NCBI GenBank assembly: GCA_963827755.1
Contig: CAWHCQ010000013.1
Span: forward strand, 64,001-128,000
Origin: an uncultured Gammaproteobacteria bacterium
Lineage (GTDB): Bacteria > Pseudomonadota > Gammaproteobacteria > UBA9214
Direction of reading: 5' to 3'
Length of the DNA: 64,000 bases
Each line of letters opens with the position of its first letter. Position 1 is the stretch's first letter. The translations under genes and the position numbers were made by a program. Below, one piece after another: positions 32,345 to 41,990 of the stretch. The notes beneath the pieces were generated by a model. The model did not search any database. It worked only from the letters and a program-made list of their open reading frames with translations, and was not told where the DNA came from.

Positions 32345-33172
32345 TCAGCCAGGCGCTTTATGTCGCGTGCAGGGCAGTCTGAAATATTCCGGTTCCGTAT
32401 CGATGCGCAGCGCGGTTAACTCGCCGCCCCAAAGACAGGCGGTATCCGTCGGATAAATGCCGGGAGCATTGCACGGCCCCAGGGTCGACCAGTGTCCGAA
32501 GATGATCTTCATGTCCTTGCTGGCCCGATGCCCGATTTCAAACCATGGCAACAGTCTGGCCGGCTGACTGCCCGGCGGGCCCTTGTGTTTCAGTCCCAGT
32601 TTACCGTCAGTGTCGCAGTAACGCAGACGGGTAAAGCAATTGATAATAAAGCGCAGGCGATCATGGCCGGAAAGGTCAGCAGACCATCGATTGGGTTTGT
32701 TGCCGTACATGTGCACGATAAAGTCAGCGAGGGCGTCACCGCGCAAGACGTCCTCAACCTCGCGTGCACATTGCCGTGCCAGTTGAAGATCCCACTGTGG
32801 CGGCAGGCCCGCGTGGATCATGGTGAATCCCAGTGCCTCGTCATGATGCAGCAGGGGCTGCCGGCAGAGCCAGTCAGTCAGGTCATCGCGATCAGGTGCC
32901 TGCAGGATGGCGTCGAGCGTATGGTCATCGTTGTCCAGCGACAGTCCATGGGCGTGGGAGATCAGGTGCAGATCATGATTTCCGAGCACGGTGACAGCGG
33001 CATCGCCGAGCCCGCGAACGAAGCGCAGGGTCTCCAGGGATTTGGGGCCGCGGTTAACCAGGTCGCCTGCAAACCAGAGCCGGTCGCCGGCGGGGTCGAA
33101 GTCGATGAGTTCAAGCAGGGCCTGGAGTTCATCGAAGCAGCCCTGGATATCACCTATGGCATAAACGGCCAC
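32345..33172 (-). CDS. apaH: Symmetrical bis(5'-nucleosyl)-tetraphosphatase
   Basis: GDIQGC, GDLVNRGP, LGNHDLH, FGHWS, DTACLWGG. Confidence 0.96.
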   Translation of the reverse strand: MAVYAIGDIQGCFDELQALLELIDFDPAGDRLWFAGDLVNRGPKSLETLRFVRGLGDAAVTVLGNHDLHLISHAHGLSLDNDDHTLDAILQAPDRDDLTDWLCRQPLLHHDEALGFTMIHAGLPPQWDLQLARQCAREVEDVLRGDALADFIVHMYGNKPNRWSADLSGHDRLRFIINCFTRLRYCDTDGKLGLKHKGPPGSQPARLLPWFEIGHRASKDMKIIFGHWSTLGPCNAPGIYPTDTACLWGGELTALRIDTEPEYFRLPCTRHKAPG

Positions 33173-33187
33173 GCAGGACAGAACAGG

Positions 33188-33565
33188 CTAGTGAAGGGTA
33201 CGCGGGATCGCCAGTGTAAAGGCGGGTATTTCAGCGTCAAATTCGTCGCCATTGTCGGTCAGCATCTGGTAGCTGCCGCGCATGCTGCCGACCGGGGTCG
33301 CGATCATTGCACCGCTGGTGTACTGGAAACCTTCACCCGGCTTGAGGTGCGGTTGCTCACCGACAACACCTTCACCCTTTACTTCCTGGACGTTGCCGTT
33401 GGCATCCGTGATGACCCAGTGACGCGACAACAGCTGGGCGGGCACGCCACCCTCGTTGCGGATGGTAATGGTGTAGGAGAATACGTAGCGCTCGTTGTCA
33501 GGCTCTGACTGGCCTTCCATGTACTGGGTTTCTACTTCAACGGTGATGTTTTTATCGTTTTCCAT
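33188..33565 (-). CDS. apaG: ApaG protein
   Basis: YVFSYTITI, SRHWVITD, GEGVVGEQP, GSMRGSY. Confidence 0.95.
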   Translation of the reverse strand: MENDKNITVEVETQYMEGQSEPDNERYVFSYTITIRNEGGVPAQLLSRHWVITDANGNVQEVKGEGVVGEQPHLKPGEGFQYTSGAMIATPVGSMRGSYQMLTDNGDEFDAEIPAFTLAIPRTLH

Positions 33566-33793
33566 GGGTCTTGTTACAAATTCTCCTGGGTCTGACAGTA
33601 CTCTTTCCGGGCAGGGCGACAAAAGCCTTGCCGCTCCCGGCCGCTGCGTGCAGGTCATCATTATACAGGGTTCCCGGTTTGTATCTGCCGGGAGGGCGGG
33701 CAGGTTAATACTCGAAAAATCCATGTTGCCCCGCGACTCACGGGACGCTGCTCTTTTAAAAGGGGCCTCGCTACTGCAGCGGCGTTAATTTTA

Positions 33794-33806
33794 TAACACA
33801 CTGATT
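33794..33806 (-). promoter_or_regulatory. IHF-consensus-like site
   Basis: aatcagtgtgtta fits WATCARNNNNTTR; identical 13-mer at 44581-44593. Confidence 0.45.
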
Positions 33807-34002
33807 TAGAATATAAAAAATACATGAAGCAGGGACCAGCCCGGGTTTTTTCAGCGCGCAGCAGCGCACAGCGCCTGGCCGAAAATGTGAATCCCGTCAC
33901 GGAAATGAGTGGCTTTTTATTGCATTACTGGGTGTGGCTCCGTGACAGCAGTGGTTTTGGCAGCTGCTGATTTTATTCTGACATGTTACACAAGAGGTCG
34001 GG

Positions 34003-34314
34003 ATGTTCAGGCATAAGCGTTTCAAATACAGGTCAGATCGATTGCTGTTGCTCGTCCTGTTCGCAGGCCTGGCGGTATTTATGACAACCCTTTCGGCAGC
34101 GGATGATTCGTTCCTGTTGCATCCGGATATTGATGATCTGAAAGATGGTGATGTAATGCTTGCGCCAATCGGCCATCGGGGTGCCGGCGTGCGCATGTTG
34201 TTCAAATCGCCGGCCGGGATTCCGGCGGCGTCTTATTCAGTGAATAATAGTGGTATGTGGCAAGTAGACGCAGATGCAGCGGCAGTGCATCTATCCGTGG
34301 TCATCCCCTGGTAG
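34003..34314 (+). CDS. Small hypothetical exported/membrane protein
   Basis: gagg RBS, basic N-terminus plus hydrophobic stretch, ends VVIPW; stops 2 bp from the rsmA stop. Confidence 0.55.
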   Translation: MFRHKRFKYRSDRLLLLVLFAGLAVFMTTLSAADDSFLLHPDIDDLKDGDVMLAPIGHRGAGVRMLFKSPAGIPAASYSVNNSGMWQVDADAAAVHLSVVIPW

Positions 34315-34316
34315 GA

Positions 34317-35105
34317 CTAGCCCGCCTGTTTGGCGCAGGCCAGGTTGGCAAGCGCGGCAAAATCCTTTAACGCCAGCATTTCAGCGCGTAGCGAAGGATC
34401 GATTCCCGCCTTCATTATTTCATCGCTATCGAGTATGTCGCGCAGGGCATTGCGCAGGGTTTTCCGGCGTTGCGAGAATGCCTGACGCACCAGTTTGGTG
34501 AATACCTTTTCATTGTCTACGTTTACCGGCGGCTGATCAAAGGGCTCCAGCCGGACAAACGCCGACTCAACGCGCGGTGGTGGATTGAATGCGCCAGCAC
34601 CGATAGCAAACAGTGCTGTAACCCGGCAACGATACTGCAGCATGACTGACAGACGACCATACTGCTTCGACCCCGGGCCTGCAGCCATTCTTGCCACCAC
34701 TTCTTTCTGCAGCATGAAATGCATGTCCCTGATGCAATCATGCTGTTCCAGCAAATGGAACAGTATCGGCGTCGATATATTGTAGGGCAGGTTGCCGACG
34801 ATGCGCAGCGGATGTGTGTCAGCCAGCTGGCAAAAGTCAAAACGCAGTGCATCGACATTATGCACGCTCAGCCTGCCGACGTTGCGGCATCGGGCCTTCA
34901 GCGGCTCGATCAAATCCCGGTCGATTTCAATAACAGTGAGTGCGCCGGCTGCCTCCAGCAGGGGCAGGGTGATGGCGCCCTGGCCCGGGCCGATTTCAAT
35001 CAGGTTCTCATTCCCTTGTGGCCGGATAGCCGTGATGATTCTTTCGATAACGCCGGGATCGTGCAGGAAGTTCTGGCCAAACCTTTTCCTTGGACGGTGA
35101 TTCAA
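34317..35105 (-). CDS. rsmA: 16S rRNA adenine dimethyltransferase (KsgA), TTG start
   Basis: [47 protein letters not shown]. Confidence 0.96.
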   Translation of the reverse strand: MNHRPRKRFGQNFLHDPGVIERIITAIRPQGNENLIEIGPGQGAITLPLLEAAGALTVIEIDRDLIEPLKARCRNVGRLSVHNVDALRFDFCQLADTHPLRIVGNLPYNISTPILFHLLEQHDCIRDMHFMLQKEVVARMAAGPGSKQYGRLSVMLQYRCRVTALFAIGAGAFNPPPRVESAFVRLEPFDQPPVNVDNEKVFTKLVRQAFSQRRKTLRNALRDILDSDEIMKAGIDPSLRAEMLALKDFAALANLACAKQAG

Positions 35106-35463
35106 GGGGTTATCCTGGTATTTTTCATTGTTGACAGTCAGTTATAAATCGTCAGAATGGATTTGCTCACGCAAACCACCCGGTTGGAACCAGAGTGGGT
35201 GCGCTTCCAACGCGCATCGATTTTTGCAGCGGTAGAAAACTATTCGAGCTCAATGATATCACTACGAATAATGCAGCACTGGTTGGCATCTGATAACCTC
35301 GGCTAAACGCCTTATCACAAGGATGCATTATGTTGTAGTTGCCAGCTGAAGGTATGCACGAAACTGCCTATTATGAGACCAGAACAAACTTGTTACTCCG
35401 AACGGCGCGTACATGATTAATTTTCTGGCTATTTCAGCATATCTGTCAAACGGTTGCTAGCAA

Positions 35464-37449
35464 ATGCCTGCAGATACCAGCATGCAAAAATGCAAGTTAG
35501 CGGATCGTCATGTCGCAGATTCTTCCGCAGTGATGCCTTTGCCTGATGCCGGGCATACCTGGTTTGCCCGACTACGGGAATGGAAGCTTGTCTGGCTGGG
35601 TGGATTGATAGGTGTCGGTTTTTATGTGATCGATGCCATCGTTGATGTGTACCTGTTTGACGAAGGTAATCTGGTCGATCAGCTATTCCGTCCCACACCG
35701 TTTGAATGGACAATGCGACTGACGGTGCTCACTATTGCCCTGCTGTTCAGTACCTACGCGCAGACCATGCTCCATCGTGCCCAGGCAGCCATGCAAGAGG
35801 CCCGGATATCCAGGAAATTTCTCGACTCGATTGTGGAAAATCTCCCCGGCATGATCTTCATTAAAGAAGCCGGGCAGCTGCGTTTTGCAAAGATCAATCG
35901 AGCGGCCGAGACAGTCATGGGTTTCAGCCGTAGCGAGATGATTGGAAAAAGTGACGCTGATTTCTTCCCGCCCGAACAGGCTGATTTTTTTAACACCGCG
36001 GACCGGAATGTGCTTCAATCCGGTGAAGTACTCGATATCCCTGAAGAGGTGATCGATACAGGGAGCAATGGCCGGCGGATCCTGCACACCAGAAAAGTAC
36101 CCATGTATGATGAGAATGGCAACCCGGCTTTTCTACTTGGTATTTCTGAAGACATAACCGAGACAATACAGGCGCAGCAGGAACTGGCGGAGGAGAAGCG
36201 TCGCGCCGAACGCTACCTGGATATCTCGGAAGCCATCATAGTGGGTCTGGACACTAATGAGCGAATCAGCGTGATCAACCGCCACGGTTGTAAAGCTCTT
36301 GGTCTCTCCGAAAAGGAACTGCTTGGCCGCAACTGGTTTGATATCGCGCTTCCGGAGACTGGAAAGCACCACGGGCATACTGTGTACAAGAAAATAATGT
36401 CAGGTGAAATCGAGTTGGCGGAATACAATGACAACGACATAATTACAGCGACGGGCGAAGTCCGTCACATCGCCTGGCACAATACCGCGCAGTACGGCCC
36501 CGCAGGTGAGATCACCGGCGTTCTGTCATCCGGTCACGACATCACGGATCGCAAACATACCGAGGAGCAACTGCGCCTCGCCGGAACGGTCTTCGAGTCC
36601 ACCAGTCAGGCCGTGGTGGTTACTGACCACGACAACCATATTATATCCGTCAATCCCGCATTCACCCTGATAACGGAATATACACTGGAGGAAGTCCTCG
36701 GAAAGAATCCCTCATTCCTGAGATCCAGCCGCCATGACGAGGCTTTTTACCGTAATTTATGGGTCATAGTCACAACGGACGGGCAATGGAAAGGTGAAAT
36801 CTGGGACCGCCGCAAAAGCGGGGAGGCATTCCCGTCGTGGCAATCGATCAGCGCGGTTTATGACAACAGTGGCGAGGTGACGAACTTCGTTTCGGTATTC
36901 TCTGACATCACACCTATTAAAGAACATCAGAGTAACCTGGACTTTCTGGCTCACCATGACCCTCTGACCGGGTTGCCAAACAGGCTCATGCTCGATGATC
37001 GCATCGCTCATGCGATGCAGCGCTGTATCAGGGACCACAGGGAACTTGCCGTTCTGTTTCTTGACCTCGACGATTTCAAAATTGTGAATGACACTTATGG
37101 TCATCACATCGGAGATCAACTTCTGCAGACCCTGGCGATGCGGCTGCAGTCATTATTAAGGCAGGAAGACACTATTGCCCGTATGGGCGGCGATGAGTTT
37201 CTGGTCCTTATGGAATCATTTGAGACCATAGACGATGTTGAACTGGTCGCAAAAAAGATAATTCACGAGGTTTCGAAGCCAGTTGAGATAAACGGTCATC
37301 AAGTGGAGGTCGGTGCCAGTATAGGTATAGCCATTGGTCCAACCGACGGTGCCAACGTTTCATCCCTGATAAAAGCGGCCGACCTGGCCATGTACCGTGC
37401 AAAAGACCAGGGGCGAAACCAGTATATCTTCAGGTTGCAGCAGGCATAG
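35464..37449 (+). CDS. Membrane-anchored PAS-PAS-PAS diguanylate cyclase (start uncertain)
   Basis: Two TM helices, three PAS/PAC units ending DIT, HDPLTGLPNR, RQED I-site and GGDEF. Confidence 0.92.
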   Translation: MPADTSMQKCKLADRHVADSSAVMPLPDAGHTWFARLREWKLVWLGGLIGVGFYVIDAIVDVYLFDEGNLVDQLFRPTPFEWTMRLTVLTIALLFSTYAQTMLHRAQAAMQEARISRKFLDSIVENLPGMIFIKEAGQLRFAKINRAAETVMGFSRSEMIGKSDADFFPPEQADFFNTADRNVLQSGEVLDIPEEVIDTGSNGRRILHTRKVPMYDENGNPAFLLGISEDITETIQAQQELAEEKRRAERYLDISEAIIVGLDTNERISVINRHGCKALGLSEKELLGRNWFDIALPETGKHHGHTVYKKIMSGEIELAEYNDNDIITATGEVRHIAWHNTAQYGPAGEITGVLSSGHDITDRKHTEEQLRLAGTVFESTSQAVVVTDHDNHIISVNPAFTLITEYTLEEVLGKNPSFLRSSRHDEAFYRNLWVIVTTDGQWKGEIWDRRKSGEAFPSWQSISAVYDNSGEVTNFVSVFSDITPIKEHQSNLDFLAHHDPLTGLPNRLMLDDRIAHAMQRCIRDHRELAVLFLDLDDFKIVNDTYGHHIGDQLLQTLAMRLQSLLRQEDTIARMGGDEFLVLMESFETIDDVELVAKKIIHEVSKPVEINGHQVEVGASIGIAIGPTDGANVSSLIKAADLAMYRAKDQGRNQYIFRLQQA

Positions 37450-37542
37450 AAACACCAGACATCCCCGGTGATCAGGGCTATACCAGGCCCGCCGCTGATG
37501 TCATATGCATCCTTCAAGTCACCCCCCGGAGGAGTTAGCGGT

Positions 37543-37711
37543 ACCCGCGCTTGCCGCCATTCTTCCCACGACCTCATTCTGCAGCATGAAATGCATGTCC
37601 CCGATGCAATCATGCTGTCCCTTGTGGCCGGATAGCCGTGATGATTCTTTCGATAACACCGGGATCGTGCAGGAAGTTCTGACCGAACCTTTTCCTGGGA
37701 CGGTGATTCAA
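37543..37711 (-). pseudogene. rsmA: rsmA 5' relic with ~265-bp internal deletion
   Basis: 37619-37711 matches 35013-35105 (4 mismatches in 93 bp), fused to a copy of ~34680-34745 ([22 protein letters not shown]). Confidence 0.9.
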
Positions 37712-38276
37712 TGGGTTGCCTATTTTTCTTATTAGGAATTTCAGTTAGTTATAAAATGTCGAAGTGGATATATTCATTAAAATCGTACAGTTAGAACCAT
37801 AGCGGGTGCGATTACAAGTCGCATCGATATTCGCATCGGCAGAAAATGATGTGAATCGACTGCCTGATAAATGATATCACTTGTGCGTACTGGCTTGACC
37901 TGAAAACCTGCGTCAGGAAATTAGCGTGAGCCTGATAAAAGGTATTTAACAGAAAGGATTGTTGAAATAACCTGATCAATTATGTCAGCGAACATCAAGC
38001 GCGGAAACTTCAAACGAGACCGACAGAATTCAGCAGGTTTTTTACATCAATCACGGCGAAAAAACGGGGCGAAAGGCTGTTCATTAACCGTGGACTTGAG
38101 GGGAAAGGGCTCTTATTATTCTACGGTGATTTTTAATGATTACCGCCCCCTGACATCCCTGGCTCGTAGCGAGCTCCGCAGGATATTGACCTTCTGTTTA
38201 GAGAGCACGTTAATGGTTGCATCAGTCAAAGCAGGAACAATCCCGCGAACATTATTCGTAGCCCGGGAGAGAGCAG

Positions 38277-39401
38277 ATGTCGAATCCAGGTAAAAAGCAT
38301 ATTCTGAGTAATTTAATGCGCATATCTGAAAACACGGCGCCAGGTTTTTTCCCCAGGCTTATGGGGGTACTCAAGGGCATCGCCAGAACCTTCGGTTTAT
38401 CTGAAAGAAGCAGAGTAATTGACCCACCGATGGAACCTGACACCCGCGCAGAGCGACCAGCTTTTTCCGGGCGTTGTATTGTGTTCTCCGATACCGATAA
38501 CTGCATGAACTCGCTCAAGAGTACGTTGCGTTTCGCCGGAATCCTCAACGAGAAAGACGAGCTCACAGACAATCTGGAAGGGATCAATATCTTTCATACC
38601 GGCGACATGATTGACAAGAAAAATCCTGACCCTTCTGTTGTGGAATATTGGCAACTTCTTCAGCAAGACGCCCTCGCAAAGGGATGTCATGTCAAGCTCA
38701 TAGTGGGCAATCATGAGCAGGAAGTCTGGCAAAAGATCATGACAGGTGAAAAATACGGAATGCGAGCAGAACAGGTCCATTGGCTCAACGAGTTCATTGA
38801 GAGTCTGGATTTATTCTACGTCGCCGGTACTATCCTTTTTATACATGGTTATCCGACAGTCGAATTCTTGCAGACATTGCTGCACTTTAAGCAGGTAACG
38901 GGAAAAGACCTGAATTGTTTTAATACTGATCATTATAAAAAAGCATTCATATCTGTTAGCGCCATGAGGCAATATGCCTATGTTAGAGAAAATCGGCGAA
39001 TAAACTATTTGCTCTATGATGTGGCGGATGCGAGCCATTACTACAAGAAACAGGGACGAGTGGTTGGTGCTGTTCTTGCGCAGTTGAAGATCGATATTGT
39101 TGTACACGGACACAGGCCACAGCGTTCCGGCGTACAGGTAGACTACGAGTTTGGCAAGTGGATCTCAAAGGTCAGAATGATAGGAAACGATACCATGGTG
39201 AGAAGTAGAGGAATCGGCGCGACCGTCATCAGGGTGGCACCAGGTGGGGCTGTAGATATAGATTTCATTAATACGAAAACAGCATCTGAAAAACTGCGCA
39301 GAAAGGTACAGAAAGACCTCAGGGAGCCACTTGTTTCTTCCTGCGCGACCCGCTTTACCAGCCCCGAAGACGCAGATATCAAATCCGCTGCGCAAGGGTA
39401 G
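38277..39401 (+). CDS. Calcineurin-like metallophosphoesterase
   Basis: FSDTD, GDMIDK, GNHE, IHG, HGH motifs in canonical order. Confidence 0.8.
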   Translation: MSNPGKKHILSNLMRISENTAPGFFPRLMGVLKGIARTFGLSERSRVIDPPMEPDTRAERPAFSGRCIVFSDTDNCMNSLKSTLRFAGILNEKDELTDNLEGINIFHTGDMIDKKNPDPSVVEYWQLLQQDALAKGCHVKLIVGNHEQEVWQKIMTGEKYGMRAEQVHWLNEFIESLDLFYVAGTILFIHGYPTVEFLQTLLHFKQVTGKDLNCFNTDHYKKAFISVSAMRQYAYVRENRRINYLLYDVADASHYYKKQGRVVGAVLAQLKIDIVVHGHRPQRSGVQVDYEFGKWISKVRMIGNDTMVRSRGIGATVIRVAPGGAVDIDFINTKTASEKLRRKVQKDLREPLVSSCATRFTSPEDADIKSAAQG

Positions 39402-39448
39402 CGGGGACTGCAGAAGGTGGCATCTCTGGATTTATATATGCATATAAC

Positions 39449-39520
39449 TTATTGAGTAACATGGTGAATCAGAACCGGGGAGCGGTCCTGGCCAAAGCGC
39501 TTGCGGGGGATATGTGCCAT
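39449..39520 (-). pseudogene. rsmA: Truncated rsmA start (11 codons) downstream of pdxA
   Basis: Reads MAHIPRKRFGQ then unrelated DRSPVLIHHVTQ-stop, at the position where rsmA normally follows pdxA. Confidence 0.75.
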
Positions 39521-39588
39521 GAAGGTATTCCGGTTTATCCATCAAACCGGTGCAAGGCAGGCTGGGCGGGTATACGGAATGGTGCGCG

Positions 39589-40593
39589 TTATTGCCGCTG
39601 CACCATCTCCACTGCATAGCGGATCGCCATCAGCAGGCTGCCGCTGTCGCCCCGGCCGCTGCCGGCGAGTTCCAGTGCCGTGCCGTGGTCGACGGAAGTG
39701 CGGATGACGGGCAAGCCGAGCGTGATGTTGACGGCGCGGCCAAAGCCGCTGTACTTCAGCACCGGTAATCCCTGGTCATGGTACATGGCCAGTATGGCAT
39801 CGCTGTTGGCGATATTGGCGGCACTGAAAAGCGTATCTGCCGGTAGCGGGCCTTCAAGGGCCATGCCCTCAAGGCGCAGTGATTCGAGTACGGGGATGAG
39901 GGTGTCGATTTCCTCATGGCCGAGGTGGCCGCCTTCGCCGGCGTGCGGGTTCAGTCCGCACACCAGAATGCGCGGCTCGCCGATACCGAAGCGGGTCTGC
40001 AGCCCCTTGTGCAATACCCGGATCACGCGCGTCAGGCTGTCCTTTGTTATGCAGGCGCTGACCTGCGACAGCGGTACATGGGTCGTGGCAAGGGCGACAC
40101 GCAGCTCATCGGTTGCCAGCAGCATGACTACATCGCGTGTCCGGGTCGCCGCTGCCAGGTACTCGGTATGACCGCTAAAGGGGATTCCGGCATCGTTGAT
40201 GACGCCCTTGTGTACCGGGCCTGTCACCAGCGCATCGAAGTTGCCGCACAGGCAGCCGCGAATGGCCTGGTCGAGAGTGTCAAGGACATAGCGGGCGTTG
40301 CCGGGATTTAGTCGACCGACCTGAACGGCTGTTTGCAGCGCAACCGGCAGTATGCAGGTCTCACCCGGGGTGGATCGTGCGGGTTTGGCCGGGTCAAACA
40401 GACGATACTGAAAGGGGATTTCAAGCTGCGCGGCCCGTTCTTCGAGTAGCGCCGGGTCACAGATTGCCACCAGCTCGGTGTTCAGTGCCTGCTGTGCAAG
40501 CGCCAGGCACAGGTCCGGCCCGATACCGGCCGGTTCACCGGGGGTCAGTGCAATACGTGCAATCGAGTCAGACAATATAATCGGGCGCGGCAA
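39589..40593 (-). CDS. pdxA: 4-hydroxythreonine-4-phosphate dehydrogenase (start may be 40575)
   Basis: [42 protein letters not shown]. Confidence 0.96.
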   Translation of the reverse strand: MPRPIILSDSIARIALTPGEPAGIGPDLCLALAQQALNTELVAICDPALLEERAAQLEIPFQYRLFDPAKPARSTPGETCILPVALQTAVQVGRLNPGNARYVLDTLDQAIRGCLCGNFDALVTGPVHKGVINDAGIPFSGHTEYLAAATRTRDVVMLLATDELRVALATTHVPLSQVSACITKDSLTRVIRVLHKGLQTRFGIGEPRILVCGLNPHAGEGGHLGHEEIDTLIPVLESLRLEGMALEGPLPADTLFSAANIANSDAILAMYHDQGLPVLKYSGFGRAVNITLGLPVIRTSVDHGTALELAGSGRGDSGSLLMAIRYAVEMVQRQ

Positions 40594-40619
40594 GCTGCCG
40601 CAGACAGGGGAGACAAATG

Positions 40620-41972
40620 TCAGGACTCGTCGAGCCGGTACTCGACGTATGATTCATCGCGCAGGCGGCGCAGCCAGAGGGTCAGTTCTTCATCATATTT
40701 GCGCGTCTGTATCAGCAGTTTTGCCTTGGCGCGCTGGTATTCATCGGTGCTGTCATACTCACGACGCCCCTCCACCTGGATAAGGTGCCAGCCGAAACGT
40801 GTCTGCACCGGATTGCTGATTTCACCAATGGCAAGCTTGTTCATGGCGGCCTCGAAGCGGGGTACGGTCTCTCCCTGGCCTACCCAGCCAAGTTCCCCGC
40901 CCTTGGCGGCTGACAGGGTGTCCTGTGAATTCGACCGTGCCAGGGCGGTGAAATCCTCACCACCGCGCAGGCGTATTTGCAGCTGTTCCAGGCGCATTCT
41001 CACATCGTCATCCGTGTTTACCGCATCGGTTTTTACCAGGATATGACGCACCCTGGTCTGGTTGACGAGGTGACGTTCCCCCCCGGATTTTTCCACCAGC
41101 TTGATGATATGAAAGCCGCCGGAGCTCTGTATCAGGTCGGATACCTCGCCAACCTGGATATCCTCGACCGTCTCGGTGAACAGTGACGGTATCTGTCCAG
41201 TACTGCGCCAGCCAAGATCACCGCCTTCCAGTGCATTTTGCGCGTCGGATTCCGCGATGGCGATTTGTGTAAAGTCGCTGCCTGCGCGCAATTTCACCAG
41301 GATAGTGCTGGCGCGCAGCCGGGCCGCTGCAATCTGTTCCGGGCCGGGGGCCTCTGGTATTGCGACCATGATGTGTGCAAGGTGATATTTAACATCGCCC
41401 AGTCCGCTGGCCTCGAGGCTTGCCAGCAGGTTATCAACTTCCTGGTCGTTGACCTTGATTGTATTGGCCACCATCTGGCGGCGTACTTCCTGGAGGACAA
41501 GTTTCTTGCGAATGTTTTCCCTGAACGCGGCGTAGCTGTAGCCTTCTTTTTCCAGGATGTTGCGAAAATCCGTGAGGTTGACGCCACTTTCCTTTGCCAG
41601 CGTCTGCAGTTCATCATTGAGTGTCTTGTCATCGACGGTCAGGCCGTTGCGCTCGGCGATTTGCATTTGCAGGACATCGATGATCAGGCGTTCCAGTACC
41701 TGTTTGACCAGAGCGCTGCGCTCGGGCAGCGCGGTGCCGTCTTTTTCGAGCTGGGCAACCACCTGGTCCAGGGCTGCACGCAACTCGCTGTTAAGGATGA
41801 CGTCACCGTTGACGACTGCGACGATGCGATTCAGGGTATAACGCTGCAGGCTGCTATCCTGCCCGGCGGAGGCTGCCGTGTCCTGTGTTTGTGCGGCATG
41901 GGCCTGTGTAAAAACGGCCTGGGCAGTCACCAGCGCGACGGTGCAAAACAGAGTGGCAAATAATTTCATCAT
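40620..41972 (-). CDS. surA: Periplasmic chaperone/PPIase SurA
   Basis: RIVAVVN, two parvulin domains ([20 protein letters not shown]). Confidence 0.94.
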   Translation of the reverse strand: MMKLFATLFCTVALVTAQAVFTQAHAAQTQDTAASAGQDSSLQRYTLNRIVAVVNGDVILNSELRAALDQVVAQLEKDGTALPERSALVKQVLERLIIDVLQMQIAERNGLTVDDKTLNDELQTLAKESGVNLTDFRNILEKEGYSYAAFRENIRKKLVLQEVRRQMVANTIKVNDQEVDNLLASLEASGLGDVKYHLAHIMVAIPEAPGPEQIAAARLRASTILVKLRAGSDFTQIAIAESDAQNALEGGDLGWRSTGQIPSLFTETVEDIQVGEVSDLIQSSGGFHIIKLVEKSGGERHLVNQTRVRHILVKTDAVNTDDDVRMRLEQLQIRLRGGEDFTALARSNSQDTLSAAKGGELGWVGQGETVPRFEAAMNKLAIGEISNPVQTRFGWHLIQVEGRREYDSTDEYQRAKAKLLIQTRKYDEELTLWLRRLRDESYVEYRLDES

Positions 41973-41990
41973 AAAAAACCTGTAAAAAAA

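Noticed and set aside
37982-38293. 103-aa ORF upstream of the phosphoesterase
   Set aside because: No recognisable motif and overlaps the next start; cannot be supported, though a decayed gene is not excluded
34317-39520. Integron cassette array or prophage
   Set aside because: No intI, attC-like sites or phage genes seen; boundaries are rsmA-derived
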